Source: Obrimoposthia wandeli | Lineage: Eukaryota | Length of the DNA stretch: 64,000 nucleotides | Direction: 5' to 3' | NCBI GenBank assembly: GCA_977020255.1 | Contig: CDROCS010003418.1 | Span: 744,001-808,000 of the forward strand | Shown here: in pieces, positions 48,161-61,010 of the stretch | Layout of the letters: each line of letters begins with the position of its first letter | Position numbering within the stretch: the first letter of the stretch is position 1 | The notes under the pieces: model-generated | Seen by the model: the letters and a program-made list of their open reading frames with translations, nothing else | Databases searched by the model: none | What the model was told of the DNA's origin: nothing | Position numbers and translations under genes: made by a program

Positions 48161-51099
48161 TTTCTCTGACTGTCTAGGATCGATCGCGTGGAAAACTGAT
48201 TCAAGCAACTACTGATTTCTCTGACTGTTAGACTGTTAGTTGGATTTAAATTCAATTAGACTTATATAGTCTACCTTGTTACTAGATTGACGTGATCTGT
48301 CAATCACTTCTTCTTGGAGAGTTGCTTTCCTGGCCTGCGACTGTAGGTAAGTAATCGATTTTGCACTTAAAAATGTGCTTATCTTTTTTCTTGCTGACGT
48401 CGATTTTTCTTCGTCTGTATTTTCTTCAATTAACTTTCTTTTCAGTGCTATTATTTTTGCACTTTTGTTTTTTAAATTAACATTATATATACAACGCATT
48501 ATACACGACCTTCGTGGTCTTCTAATATTCAATTTTCCTTTTACTTTTTTAATTTTAATTTTGAATTTAATTTTATTTAATTCTAACCTTGTTTTCAAGG
48601 ATTTTCACTTTTAGTATAAATTCGACTTAATTTATTAATTTCAACAAAACCTAATCCTAACATATCTATGATATCCATCTTGTCTCCTATTCACCTGTCC
48701 GGCTAACTTTACTCAAAGGCTTCAAATTTTCTGCCTTTAGTTTTAATTTTTGATAATCCATTATCAGATGAACTTTTCCTTCTCTTTGTTGAATTATTAC
48801 AATTAATACGTTCGTCATCGTCTTAAATGTCCATTTTCCATCTTCAAACTTTGATGGGAAATATTTATCGACAAGGCACAAAGAATGAACACAAATTTAC
48901 CCAAAGGCACATTCTAATCAAAATGATTTATCTACACTTTCCAAATCTATAGCATTTCACTGTTGTATCATCTATTATGTCGGCTATAGTAGGTACCAGA
49001 CATAATTCTGTTAAGGTTCAGGAATGGAGAAATTACAATAGAATTTACTTACAATTGACTGATTTAAAATAATGGCCAAGGAAATGTTAAGGCAAAATAA
49101 ATAGTATAACAAAGAGAATGAGGGTAAAATTAATTGACACAAAGAAATAGTTGATTAACCTTAGGTAACCTCGATGAATGCGTAATTTAAGCCACCTGGG
49201 GCAATTCTTAATATTTGGGGGGAATCAGAACTTAGATAGACTTTAGTTGCAGTACACAGTTTTACACCGTCAATCAGAAGTGCTAATATGAGGCTATAAA
49301 AATCAGAAAAAATCATTATTTTTCTGTAAATAATTATTAAAATCCAATTCCTGAAAATGGTTATTGGAAACGATTTGGATCTAAGAAAAGCATATTAATT
49401 TAAACTATTAGAAGGACACAATCGTGAGCGACTTGATCCAGGTTTGACACGTAAAATCGATTCAGCTAATTCATTAAAATAATTATATTTTTTAAAGTCA
49501 TCTCAAAGTAAACCTCTGCTTCCTAATTTAAATTTTCTTTTACCTCATCCTAATAAAGTCACGGACCCATAAGGGTTCAAGTCTTGTTGAAAACACTCAC
49601 TTTTCTCAAAGTCATGCGACATGGTACTTAGGACATAGTTTTAAGTTTTAATGCACTTAGCACATTTATCAGGAAATTTTACTTATCTATTTGTACCATT
49701 TTTTCATGAATTTGTATCTAACTAATTGTAAACTTTAGCGAGGCCACGTTTGTATTGTAATAGATTGTTGAGAGTTTGTTGATTTCAGTAAAGTAGAATT
49801 GTAATTTAGAAAAATATATGTAAAATTCAGCTACTTATATGCATTATTCCTATTAATAGTTAAGTGGGAAAATGTGGTAAAAAGACAAGTGGTTCAATTT
49901 CCGGTTGTGGCAACTAATTTTCTCTCCAACCTAACAGTACGTGTATATTACTGTTAGCACTAATTAAACATACAGATAAGTAAACTAATAGAGGCAAACC
50001 AGCCTAGGTCCCAACATCTTAAGAACTCACAGTTTCATAAATATTTAATTTTTCAGAAATTTCAACCAGTTGAAATTGTAAAATGTTTATAAATACTTGT
50101 CTAGCATCTTTAGGATAAACTCGCATTTTAAAATGAACTAAAATGGTATTAATATGTAACATAACCTTTCAAAAAACATTGTATAAGTTTTTTTTAAATA
50201 TCCAAATAGTACATTAAGTAACATTGTACAAATTCATTTTCAAATAATTTAGAAAAATAATCTTGAACTAACTGAGTCTAACCTCAAGTTCATACAATTT
50301 AAAATAAGTAATTTTTCAATGGATTCAATGTAAAATTAAAAGTTAAATACACTAATTATTTATCTAACTTTACAATCTCAAAGACAAAATTAGCTACCAA
50401 TAGAAATGATTACTCAAGGTCGCAGTTACTTACAATTTCGATTCTTTAGCTCACTAGTATTGATAGATTTATTAATAGTCGACAAATTTATTTTTATAAA
50501 TGAGCTGTGATATATTAAGGTGGGATTTTTGTAGTTTTTCAGTTACTTGAAAAAGAAGATGTTCATCTCAAATCAACAACAAACAGTCTCTTTTGTGTGG
50601 TTATGTCTGAACATGTGCTACACTGTGTTCAGTTACCCGTACGACAACTGCAACAGAAAACAGTTACAACAACAAGAGGAAGAATGTGTTCCGGACACCT
50701 GGAGTCATATTTTGCCAGATATGGAGAAAATTCTCTCTGATCATGAACCTCCACTGGAGCTGGCCGAAGCACTTCAACTTAAATCAGGCATACAAGTACG
50801 TTTTATTTATATTCCTAACAATCTTTACGTAAAGGTATGTAAAGTCTTGAAATATAATGTATATTGTCTTAATAATTGGGATAATTTCTATCATTTTAAA
50901 CCTTAAAAATTAACATTTAGTTTTAAAGCCTTAGAATCATTTCAAAGTCGGACTAATAGTCTGAATTATCCTGGAATTCCAGGAATGATTGTGAAATTAA
51001 AATAAAGAATTTTTTTAATGAATAAATTCCTGATAAACAATTACATCGAAATATGGTATAAATATGTTGCAAATTATTGTATTTTCGATTGGTTTTCAT

Positions 51100-51338
51100 A
51101 GGAAGTCCGCGTGAAGCCTGTATCCACTCCATCACCGAGTCGTTGTCAAAATGCCGCGTACATCCTCTCGATAGACCCCTGTCGACAGCCAACCAACTTT
51201 ATCAAGCTGATATGCCCAAGCGGCTGTCAAGCTGAAATCATGTCTCTTGTCTTTCGGCAAGTCATGAGGTTTCGGAAGGACCAAAATGTTCATCTTAAAG
51301 TCATTACAATGGAAAAAGACACTATCGTAAGATGTCAC
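51100..51338 (-). pseudogene. Coding-like remnant, possible paralog of 43697-44140
   Basis: Weak by-eye peptide similarity; GC-richer island. Confidence 0.3.
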
Positions 51339-52424
51339 ATCTAATCGTGCAAAAGTATTTGAATATAACCATGTACATACATTGCTCTGGTCTTTTGTAG
51401 TACTTTGTTTAGAACATTATTTGATTTCATCTATCTATACAATAATTCCCAAAATGTACTTCCGTTTTTGTTTATCCAATTTTTGCCACTAAGGACCTAA
51501 CTGATATTGAGGATATTAATAATATAAATCAGTATATGTTCATTTTTAGAACTCATTTTAATAATAGACCATTCAGCTGCCTGAAAACTTTTTTCGTTGA
51601 AACTACTAAAGCTTTGGTTTTAGACTATGGGTAGACAAAATTACTGAATTAGCGGTGAATCTTATAGACATTTTACGATCCCCTATAATATTGTTGGCCT
51701 TTCTTAACTTCTTAAGGAAGCCTCTGGCTTGTGAGTTCATAAAGATATATAACTTGTGTGTAATGCTTACCCCGGTTATTCTCAAATCTGAAAGTTAATC
51801 AATTTAGGACTAAACGTTTCGTGTGAACGGTTTATTATTATAACACAACGTAGGACAAACGTACAGCAGTTCATTTTAATGTAATTCAGAGTAATATATA
51901 ACACGCAAAATATCGTAAGTACGGTCCTAAATATGTTTCTGCACCTTTACTACTTCTGATTATCATTACAGGAAACATGGGCAGGAAGATTGTTTTATTT
52001 TATAAAATGATATGGCTGTGACCTACCGGTAGTTTTAAGAATAATTACAAAATAGGGTATTTATGTGTAGTAATTAAAACTTAGATAGTGTGTCGTACTA
52101 TTTCAACGAATGTCTGGTTTTCTATAGTATGATTTGGTTCCAATGGATTTCTAGCATCGGCCTGATATGCACAAGTCTCATTCCTGTATTACCAAAGTTT
52201 TTTTATAACGTATGGAATATACAGTATTTTTGCCGAGATTTAGAATATAATTTGAACTGAGAAGGAAATAAATTAAAACGAAACATTAATTTGAAGCAAT
52301 TATTTATTGCAGCCACCTGTGCTTAAAAAAGTTTCTGAAACCTTTACTTTTTTAAAAATATCGTAGCAAACTTGTTCGCTTCGAATTTTTCTTATTATTT
52401 CATCGGGATCTCCATTCATTATTT

Positions 52425-54192
52425 TGTTAAGATTAGGATTTATAAGATTAAAAAATTAAAATTAACTATATATAGAAGAAATAGAACGTTGAATAAAGGG
52501 TAAATAAAATAAGTAAATTAACATTTTTAATTAAAATAAAATTAAAGTCAATAAGACAAAACAAGTAATTTAGGACCTTAAAGAGGTCATGTGTGTGGTG
52601 TAGTATATGTATAAAAGTTAGGGGGCCAAAAAACGAAAACGAACAGAAATCAGTAAGAAAAAAAGCAAGGAAGTCAATTGTAATTTGGCAAAAAATCAAT
52701 TTAGCCAAAACAGAAAAAGAAGCAAATTAATTGAAAATTTATTCTAGTAAACGGCATCTGTTTCCTGTTGCGAGATTCTGACATCTGTGAGCCAGACAAT
52801 TCCCGAGGTAAGTGCACTTAGGTTAAGTGCAGTCCATTTATTGTTTTGGATAGATCCGTTAGGGAGCGAGACGGAAGCACTTAGTTTGAGGCGCTGGGAG
52901 CTGAGCCGGCCGATTTCCAGTTCGTCTCCGATCGTGCTGGAAGCGGGGCAGGAGCACTTAAGTTGTGTAAGTGGAGTCGTTGAGTTGAGTGCCTTCGGGA
53001 TTGTGGCTTGAAAAGTGACTTTCGCGACATCGGGAGCTTGAATCTGTTCAGTTTCAGAGCGGCAAAAGGGAAAATCATCCAATTACAGCGGCCACTTGTG
53101 GAGGGCGAGACGATTGGTAGATTGAGACTAAATTCACAGAAGTAAAAAGCAATTCTATTGGAGGTAAAATTTCTTACAAAGACGGAAACTAGAGTTGAAA
53201 TTTAGTAGAAATTATTGATCGTAATACAATCGAATTACAATCGGATCAGCAGAGACAGATATAATCGTAGCGCACTTTCTGGACAAACAAAGACGGATCT
53301 TGGTGAGAATTTTGTGTCTAGATAACTTAGATAAAGTTAAATTGTGAATTTATTTTAAAAGTTGAAATAATTGTGAATTATCTTAAAGTTGGAATAATTG
53401 TGAATTATCTTAAAGTTGGAATAATTGTGAATTATCTTAAAAGTTGAAATAATTGTGAATTATCTTAAAAGTTGAAATAATTGTGCAGTATCTTAAAGTT
53501 TGAATAATTGTGAATTATCTTAAAAGTTGAGATAATTTGTGTAATTAAGAAATTATCTTAAAGCTTGTATAACAGTTTGTATAATTCCTAAGTTTATCGT
53601 AAAAGGGTTATTGTAAAGTGATCTGTTATAAAAAGTTGTAGAACATAATTTTTAGAATCGATATGGGGAAGAATTTCGAACTGGTAAATTAGGTGAAGTT
53701 GATTCAAAATAAGTAAAAGTTTTAGAACATATATATTGAAGAAACTAAAGAAGAATTTAAATTAACTACGCAAATTGGGTTAAAGGACGTAAAATCAATA
53801 GAGGGTCATCTCTATTTATAAAGTGTTTGAAACTGATTGTTGTTAGACAGCCACTTGTCAACTTGTTAAATCCTTTTTAGTTAGTAAAGTAATATAGTGT
53901 TTTCCTACAGATCGAGTAGAGTTATTTTGGTTAACAAGCACATAGGCATAGAAAAACACAAATCCCTCCACACACACCACTACAATAATTCATTTTAGTA
54001 CCTTGTGCACACAACTCTGTACACATCTCGCAATACATTAACACCAAACCTTCAGACTTGAGACTAAGTTAAGTAAGACAAAACCTAAATAGGCCACATC
54101 CATTTGTAAGCCCTATTGCTACAGAACTCGCGTTGAGGGCCTCCATAAGAGGATCTATCTAAATCGAACCATTTCAAGTAGAAATCCCAACA
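52425..54192 (+). mobile_element. Solo LTR-like element, family 1 (copy E), 1768 bp, TSD ATTT
   Basis: TGTTAAG...CCCAACA termini; attt at 52421-52424 and 54193-54196; 27-28-bp array 53338-53530. Confidence 0.9.
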
Positions 54193-55505
54193 ATTTACCA
54201 CATTTTTACAAAAGTCACTTAGTCCCGCTGGGTAACCTGGAGCATTATTCCAAATTAACAAACTTTTAAATCCAAGACTTTTGAGTAACAGTATTTTTAA
54301 CCTCATCACAGAAACTGTTTGTAAACCAATCTTCGAACAGCGATTTCGTCTTCCAAGCTTTCTTATTCGATCTCCAAAATATTGGTAATGTATGTTTATT
54401 ATACCCTCTAAGAGCACATAAGATCGATAGATAAGCATTTGTTTTAATCTTAGATCACCGGAATCATTACCATCCAAAAGAAATTCATTTGAATTCATTT
54501 TTTTAAATGGGATTTCTATAAAATTATTAAATTTAAATAAACAAATTTTCAAATATTCCAATATTCAAATTTGATAAAAATAAAATATCTTACTAATTAT
54601 AAACCGCAATAAATCTAAAACCGCAATAATCTGGGTATTCGTGTACTCAATATTTTTAAAATAACTATTTTTTTTCAATTCGTGATATATTTTTTCTCCC
54701 GATATTTTATTTAGCATCATTGAGTAGTATGAAAATTAATTTTATAACGGTTTTTTGTAAAGTTATTTACAAAATTATATATTTAGATAAAACTAAATTA
54801 ATAATAATTAGGAATTTTTCAAGACTTTAAATTTTTACGACTATTGAATAAATTAGGTATCATGAATTATATTTTTTTAAGTTTATTTTATTTAGCTTAT
54901 TGAATTTAAATTCAAGATATTTTAATTTCAATTATTAGTTATCAATTATTTCGTATGAACGTTGTTGCTCAACAAAGACTTAACATTTGTACTTTATTTC
55001 GAACCTCAATAATTTTAATGTATATTGTATTACCGAGTAATGGCTCACTTTTAATTCAATTGGATAATACAACAAGTCATTTCAAAATTGATGATCAAAG
55101 TTCAATCAATTTACTAGTGGCTTTGGAAGAAGCTATCACTGAATTAACTTCCAACTATTCTACTCTATCTATTCAAAGTGAGACTACGATTGAATACATT
55201 TTTTTAGATGGAGTAACAGAAGTAGAGCTAAGTTTAGAAAATGGGAAATATTCATTGGTTCCACTTTTTCCTAGTCATGAATCTACAGAATTGGGCAAAA
55301 TCGAATTCAGGTTTTTGTAAAAATTTATAAATTTGAAATAGTTTTTGATTGTGAGAAAATAACTCAGCATCTGAATTTCGAAATGAGACTATTACAATCG
55401 AATCTAATTCATTCGAAATATTGGATGGAACAAAAACGTTTCCATTACTGAATTTTAAATGTAAACGCACTGTTACTCAACATACACTTAAAATCTATAA
55501 TGTTC

Positions 55506-56168
55506 TGTTGGGACCAGAGTTGAAGTACTGTCCATTCAATGTTAAAAATTAGGGAGTTTAAATAAAGTAATGGTCCATTGACAGGATAATTACAAAATCA
55601 AGTTCAAACTATTTTAATGAAAGGTGATTTTAAAATGAATTAATCTACTCGCCGTTTATAACTCGTACTTGATCCTGTCGCGAGTTTGTCCTCTTGTCAT
55701 TTTCTAGTCGGTCTGTTCCTGATTTCTTGCGTAGTCCTCTTCAAGTTTCTTCTCACGGAAAAATTCGTTCTGACAGCTTCTTCGATTTTTCGATTGTCGC
55801 GATTATTGTGAACCCAACCCAGTTAATCCTCGCTTTTAACAAAATTTGTCTGACGAATCAGCGACTAGATTGCTTCTGCTGATTTGCTAGTCCAACTTCT
55901 TCTGCTCCTAGGCTGAGACAAATCTACTTTTTGTTCGTATTGTGGTGTCTCATGTGAACTGTATTTATGCTGTTGAATCAGCAGTCACATGAGATTGATT
56001 AATTTCCATTTTTTGGGAATTCCTAATTTTCATAAATTGTTGCCTTTTTAATAATTTAATTTAATTTAATTTAATCTTCAGGGTTATGAAATGTTATTGA
56101 CCAGGACTATAAATATAGCAAAATATTTAATTATTTTTATTAAATTCGTCCGATTCTGGATCTAAGCA
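55506..56168. mobile_element. LTR-like element, family 2 (copy H), 663 bp, TSD GTTC, inserted in the minor capsid gene
   Basis: TG...CA ends; gttc at 55502-55505 and 56169-56172; removing it restores KIYNVPNEFLFP, matching KIYSVPNYFLFP of copy 1. Confidence 0.8.
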
Positions 56169-57646
56169 GTTCCAAATGAATTTCTATTTCCCAATAGTGA
56201 ATAAATGTGTAAGCATTTCAGAACCATATTACCTGATCTATTTGAAAACTAAAATCTTGTCAATAAAATGATTAATTTTAAATTGAAATCAAATATTGTT
56301 AAAGTTATAATGGATACGTCTTTAGTAACAATTATTGGGTTTAATGAAAATATATTTGTAAATAAGAAGATAGTTTTTCAAGCTAAGTTAGAGCCTATAC
56401 TAACTAAAGCTTATAATCAAATGTATATTTACACTAGTATAACAGAACCAATACTAGTAGGAGGTACATGATTACTTATAATTAAAGCAATGTGGGTTCA
56501 ACAAGAAATACATATATATTATCCTTATTCCCATCGAATATCTAATGTATCTTCCAGTGAGTTCTTCTTCTATAAACAATATTGAGGTTAATAAACGTAT
56601 TGATTCTGGAAGATTAATTAAATTTGCTTACAGAGTTAAAACAAGTTTAACAGTTCATTTTCGTAAATTATGACTGATTCAAGTATAATCGATACAAATA
56701 ATAAACATTTGCAAGGAGGTGATTTATCATTATTTTGTTGGAAAATGTATGGATCAGGATGGATGAAATTTTTTGAGTCGATTTGCCTTCCCTCTACTCA
56801 AGCGAATTGATAAATTTATTGCTAAAATTGGGTCAAAATGATTATTTAGTGATGGTGGCTTTATTTCAGATTTCTAAAATGCAGCTCTGAATGAAGTTGA
56901 TAAAATTCCTCCAAATCTAGCTGATTATTTCAGATATATAAAATTAAAAAGAGAAGTGGATATAAATGTAAGAAAACTACTAAAACAGTGGGTATAAGCA
57001 AACATCTGAAGGTAGGTGGAACAATTTTAAGAAACGATTTTCGCTTAAACTGAATTTTGTATATTTGATAAACCACTTCCTCAGGTGGCGGTTGATAATT
57101 TTAGTTTTGAGGATTTTCCTACAATACTGTTAGTTGAATATTTTCTTCTGATGTTTTAAAATTCAATATAAATGGATCAAATTCTAAATATCTTGATTTG
57201 AATGATAGTTTAATACGTTAAATTGAAAGTTACAAAATATGGTGGTGGTAAACTAGATAATGCTACAGAAATTAAAGCAGCTAATTTTATGAATAATACT
57301 CTTTTTAAGGATGTAATACTCTTTTTATATCTTAATAATGTAAAAGTTGAGGAAATTAATACTAGTTAAATCCATAATAAATGATTGAAACATTACTGAA
57401 TAATGGTAATGATAAAATTGTATTAATCTTGATGCTATTGGATTTAATGATAGTGCAGTGAGCAGAAAAGTTTAGATTGCAAAACCTAAAGTATTTTCAC
57501 TATCCGGAAGTCTTCGGGTGGATTTTTAAGCAACACCAAGTATCTTTTACCAGACGTAAGTTCACATATGCAAATGAAGAGTAACCCAGTAGGTAATAGT
57601 GCTGTTTGTGCTAATACTATTACACCTGCAATTGAGATTAAGGAAG

Positions 57647-58841
57647 TGTTGGGTCCGGAATTGTAACACTTCTTAGGAAGCCTTTTGTACATGAATTCTT
57701 TAGTGTGATAGGACTTGTGTTTTCGCTCTATCCTTGTTTGCATAAAAAATATTTGAAGGTTATTTCTTTTGTTGAGACAGATTTCTGAAGGTTACTTATG
57801 TGGTGTGATAATCTATCTATGTTTGGCCAGCTATTAATTTATAACATTTATATGGTTAACTCGGTGAAATCTCAAGTAATGAGAGCTTACCAAAAATTAC
57901 TTAATTGTTTGTTCCTAAAACCAAATGAATTTAATTCGCAAAACGCGTTGTTAATATCAGATATAGATCTTTACAACAAAACACATTTATATAAAAAATT
58001 AAGAATAACAAACTCTTTATCAAAATAAGCAATATTAATACAATAACTTATTAGTTACTACTAGGTAAAATTAACTAAAATACAAAGAATTGTGTGGTCT
58101 AACTCCTACGAGCTAGTCCAGATAGGCCTAGTTCAAATTAATTATCGCCGTTGCAGGCTATCGTTTTTATGGAGATCTTCTTAAGTTTAGAAAAATATAT
58201 AGCCGGTATAGGCTGTAGATTTTAACCATATGTTATTTTATTCAGAAAATGGAACCACGGGGTCGATTAATCAAAAGATGGCATTAGTTTATCAATTCAA
58301 ATATTAACACCTAAATATGAATTCGAGGTTCTTAAAATTAATGTATTAATTCAAATATTAGCACTCGCTGAGGCTTATTTTTGAAAACTGGTGAGCGACG
58401 TTTTCGAGTCTTTGCCGATCTCAGATGTCTTTGTTCGTTGTCAATACGGAATGTCTTCGTTTGTAATCAATCTGAGTTGTCTTCGTCCGTTCAAAAATTG
58501 TGTCAGATTTTCTGCGTCTTCGTTTTCTCATGGTATTCTCAGGGCCAATCACAATTCTTTCTGGTTTTTTTGGGACCAGAATTCTTGCTGCCTCTTGTAT
58601 TTCGTACAAATCCACTTTCGACTCGTGGTGCTTCGGGCGACTCTATTAGTAATAGAGTTATAAGTGATCTAAGGCTAGTTGACACCTCCATTTTAATTAT
58701 GGAGTTAATTGATTTCCCTTTTTGTTATTCCCTTCTTTTATTTAATTTAATTTATTAGATTTTAATATTTAGTATTACAAAATGTCCTTGTAGCCTAATT
58801 ATTTTATTTATTTTTAATTTGTTCATTTCTGGACCTTGGCA
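57647..58841. mobile_element. LTR-like element, family 2 (copy G), 1195 bp, inserted in the major capsid gene
   Basis: Ends tgttgggtcc...ttctggaccttggca match copy H (tgttgggacc...ttctggatctaagca); capsid homology resumes after 58841; TSD degraded (gaag vs tatg). Confidence 0.7.
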
Positions 58842-60523
58842 TATGCAGAGTTGTTCGTTCGTAGAGTAAAAGTTTAAATGTCTTCAGTTATTTATCGAAT
58901 GGGGCTAGAAAATCAAGATGTATTTTTTCAATTAAAAAAAAACTTGTTTCTCATATTATTTCTATTTATTACTTTCTTATTACAAGTACCAGATTTTTGA
59001 TAATATGCGTTTCCGAAATATTGTTTTGATTGCTTTCCGGAAAACTTAAATCTATGGAGGAATCTCTAAAAGGAAAGTTTCTGGGCTCTTTAAATGTAAA
59101 CTCAATTAAACTTGTACGTAAAATTGATGATCAAAAAACGTATTAGAGTGACTTTAAAAATAATAATTTTGTGTTATCTTATGTACAATCTAAAATTTGA
59201 AATCTTCGTTACTTAGTTAAGGATTGTAATATTGGTATTTCAATGAAAGATTTAGGAGACAAGTATACACTGTTCAAATTTGTTCATTTCTCCTGATTTT
59301 ATATTAATCAAGCTCCAATTACTAAGCAGGGAAATTTGAAAGTTAAATAAAGTTAAAAAACCACTTGAAAATTCAACTATTATAATAATCTATGGAGTAT
59401 TTGACTCTGAGGTGTAAATCACAAAGGGAGGTACTGTACTAGTATAAACATAAAAATGAAGAAAAAAATGAAGTAAGTCGATTATATTGAATTAATTAAC
59501 ATACAATCTAGCTCGCTCGAGATATCAAAAATACCGAAAAAAACTACTTTGATCGCGTTTCAATGAGTATATGGGCTTGATCATATACCATCATTAAGTC
59601 ATCTAGGTGGATATGTAATCAAAACACCTTCATCTAATTTAGGTGGTGAACATTGAATTGCAATACATGTTAAACAAAAATAAATATAAGTTTTTGACAT
59701 CTATGGCATATATTACCCTTCTAAATTAGTATCTATAGTACTTGACTCTAGAAAGAAAGTACATTTTAATAAAAAAAACATTATCAAAACGATTTAACCC
59801 AGACATGTGTACCACTTTGTATTTTATGGTTAACATTGAAAGCATAAACAAATTATATAAACAATATTAAATAAAACGATTTGAAATGTTCATTTAATTT
59901 AATTTTTTTGAAGCTTTCATTTATCAAAAATGAATTCATTGTGAAGCAGTTGTGCATAATGAATGTGTAAAGTTCCGTAAATATCTTTAATTTATCATAT
60001 AATACTTGTCAATTTTGTATTTTGGTTTTCACAATTAATCGTCGATTTATTTGTGTCAGTAAATATCTTGTCGATTTATTTTCTTTTGCCACAAATATCT
60101 TGATAAATTATATTTGTTTCAGTAACTGAGGAAATATGATAATTTTTCTTTTAAGTAAATTCAAACAATTGTGTATTAATAAAATGATAAGTTGTGATGC
60201 CTCCTTTGTCAATATGGCATATATAGTTCTACAAGGGCATCACAACACAAAACTTTGTGTTGCAAAAACAGAGACGAGGAGAGCCACACTGTCACAGAAA
60301 GAAGATAAGTCACAATTGGACCCGGCAGCAAAGTACAGCGGCGACTGTTAACTCACTGTAGCTGTCGCCAGCGAGATAAAAGGAGATGCAGAGATCTGGA
60401 GAGAGAGAGAAATTTGCCGCGGAAAGATAGGAGAGATTGAGAGTAACTCGGGAGGTACTATAACTATAAGGTTCCTATATAAAAGGCTACAAACAGTAAA
60501 TGTTTCCTTTTCAATTCACAATC

Positions 60524-61010
60524 ATGAATAATGTAAGTTTTATTATTATTTTTTTATTAATTGTATTTTAGTGCAATATCAACAATTTGACGTATTTTGT
60601 TATCCATCATAACGATTGCAAGAATAAGATCCGATTTTATTATGGAATCATCTTCAACTGGAGACAATTTTTCATATGTCCCCAATTTGAGACAGTCTAA
60701 GAGGTTGAGTGGATCAACTTCAAAAACCAGCATCGTGATCATCTTGGTTACTTTCAAGCTTGCTTGAAGGAAAAAGGCAATCAGCTGCCTGCCAAGTCTT
60801 GTCCTACTCCATCTCCTGTCCTATCTCCTACGCATATATGCCTGCTCCTGTGACCACACCAGCTCTCGCTCCCATGCCTACTCCATCTGCTGCACCATCA
60901 TCTACTTCAATGCCTTCGACGTCAATGATTAGTTATATGCCTCCTCCTAAACGGGTTATGTCCTCAACAAGTGCGATTCCATTAACTAGTGGTGCATATA
61001 CGGCTAAGTT
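60524..61010 (+). pseudogene. Spliced HRDHL-family gene with an internal TAA at 60698-60700
   Basis: TATA tatataaaag near 60476; ATG AAT AAT, intron 60533-60571; CNINNLTYFVIHHNDC...FFICPQFETV*EVEWINFKNQHRDHLGYFQ and a Pro/Ser-rich tail. Confidence 0.7.

Larger units (their letters stand above)
46959..48662 (-). mobile_element. Solo LTR-like element, family 1 (copy D), 1704 bp, TSD TATC
   Basis: TGTTGGGG...CCTAACA termini; tatc at 46955-46958 and 48663-48666; contains 44-bp and 51-bp arrays. Confidence 0.9.
55018..59970 (+). mobile_element. Second Polinton copy: minor capsid, small protein, major capsid and adenain, heavily decayed, with two LTR-like insertions
   Basis: MYIVLPSNGS at 55018; colinear homology to 16607-19760; minor capsid ends 56673, major capsid ends 59447, adenain about 59455-59850. 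Confidence 0.88.

Noticed and set aside
47869-48255. 128-aa Gln/Asn/Pro repeat protein
   Set aside because: The ORF is a by-product of a 51-bp array inside a solo LTR; there is no other sign of coding function.
49861-49925. tRNA gene (ggttcaatttccgg B-box-like), and likewise 44457-44530
   Set aside because: No complete cloverleaf or acceptor stem; at most decayed SINE heads.
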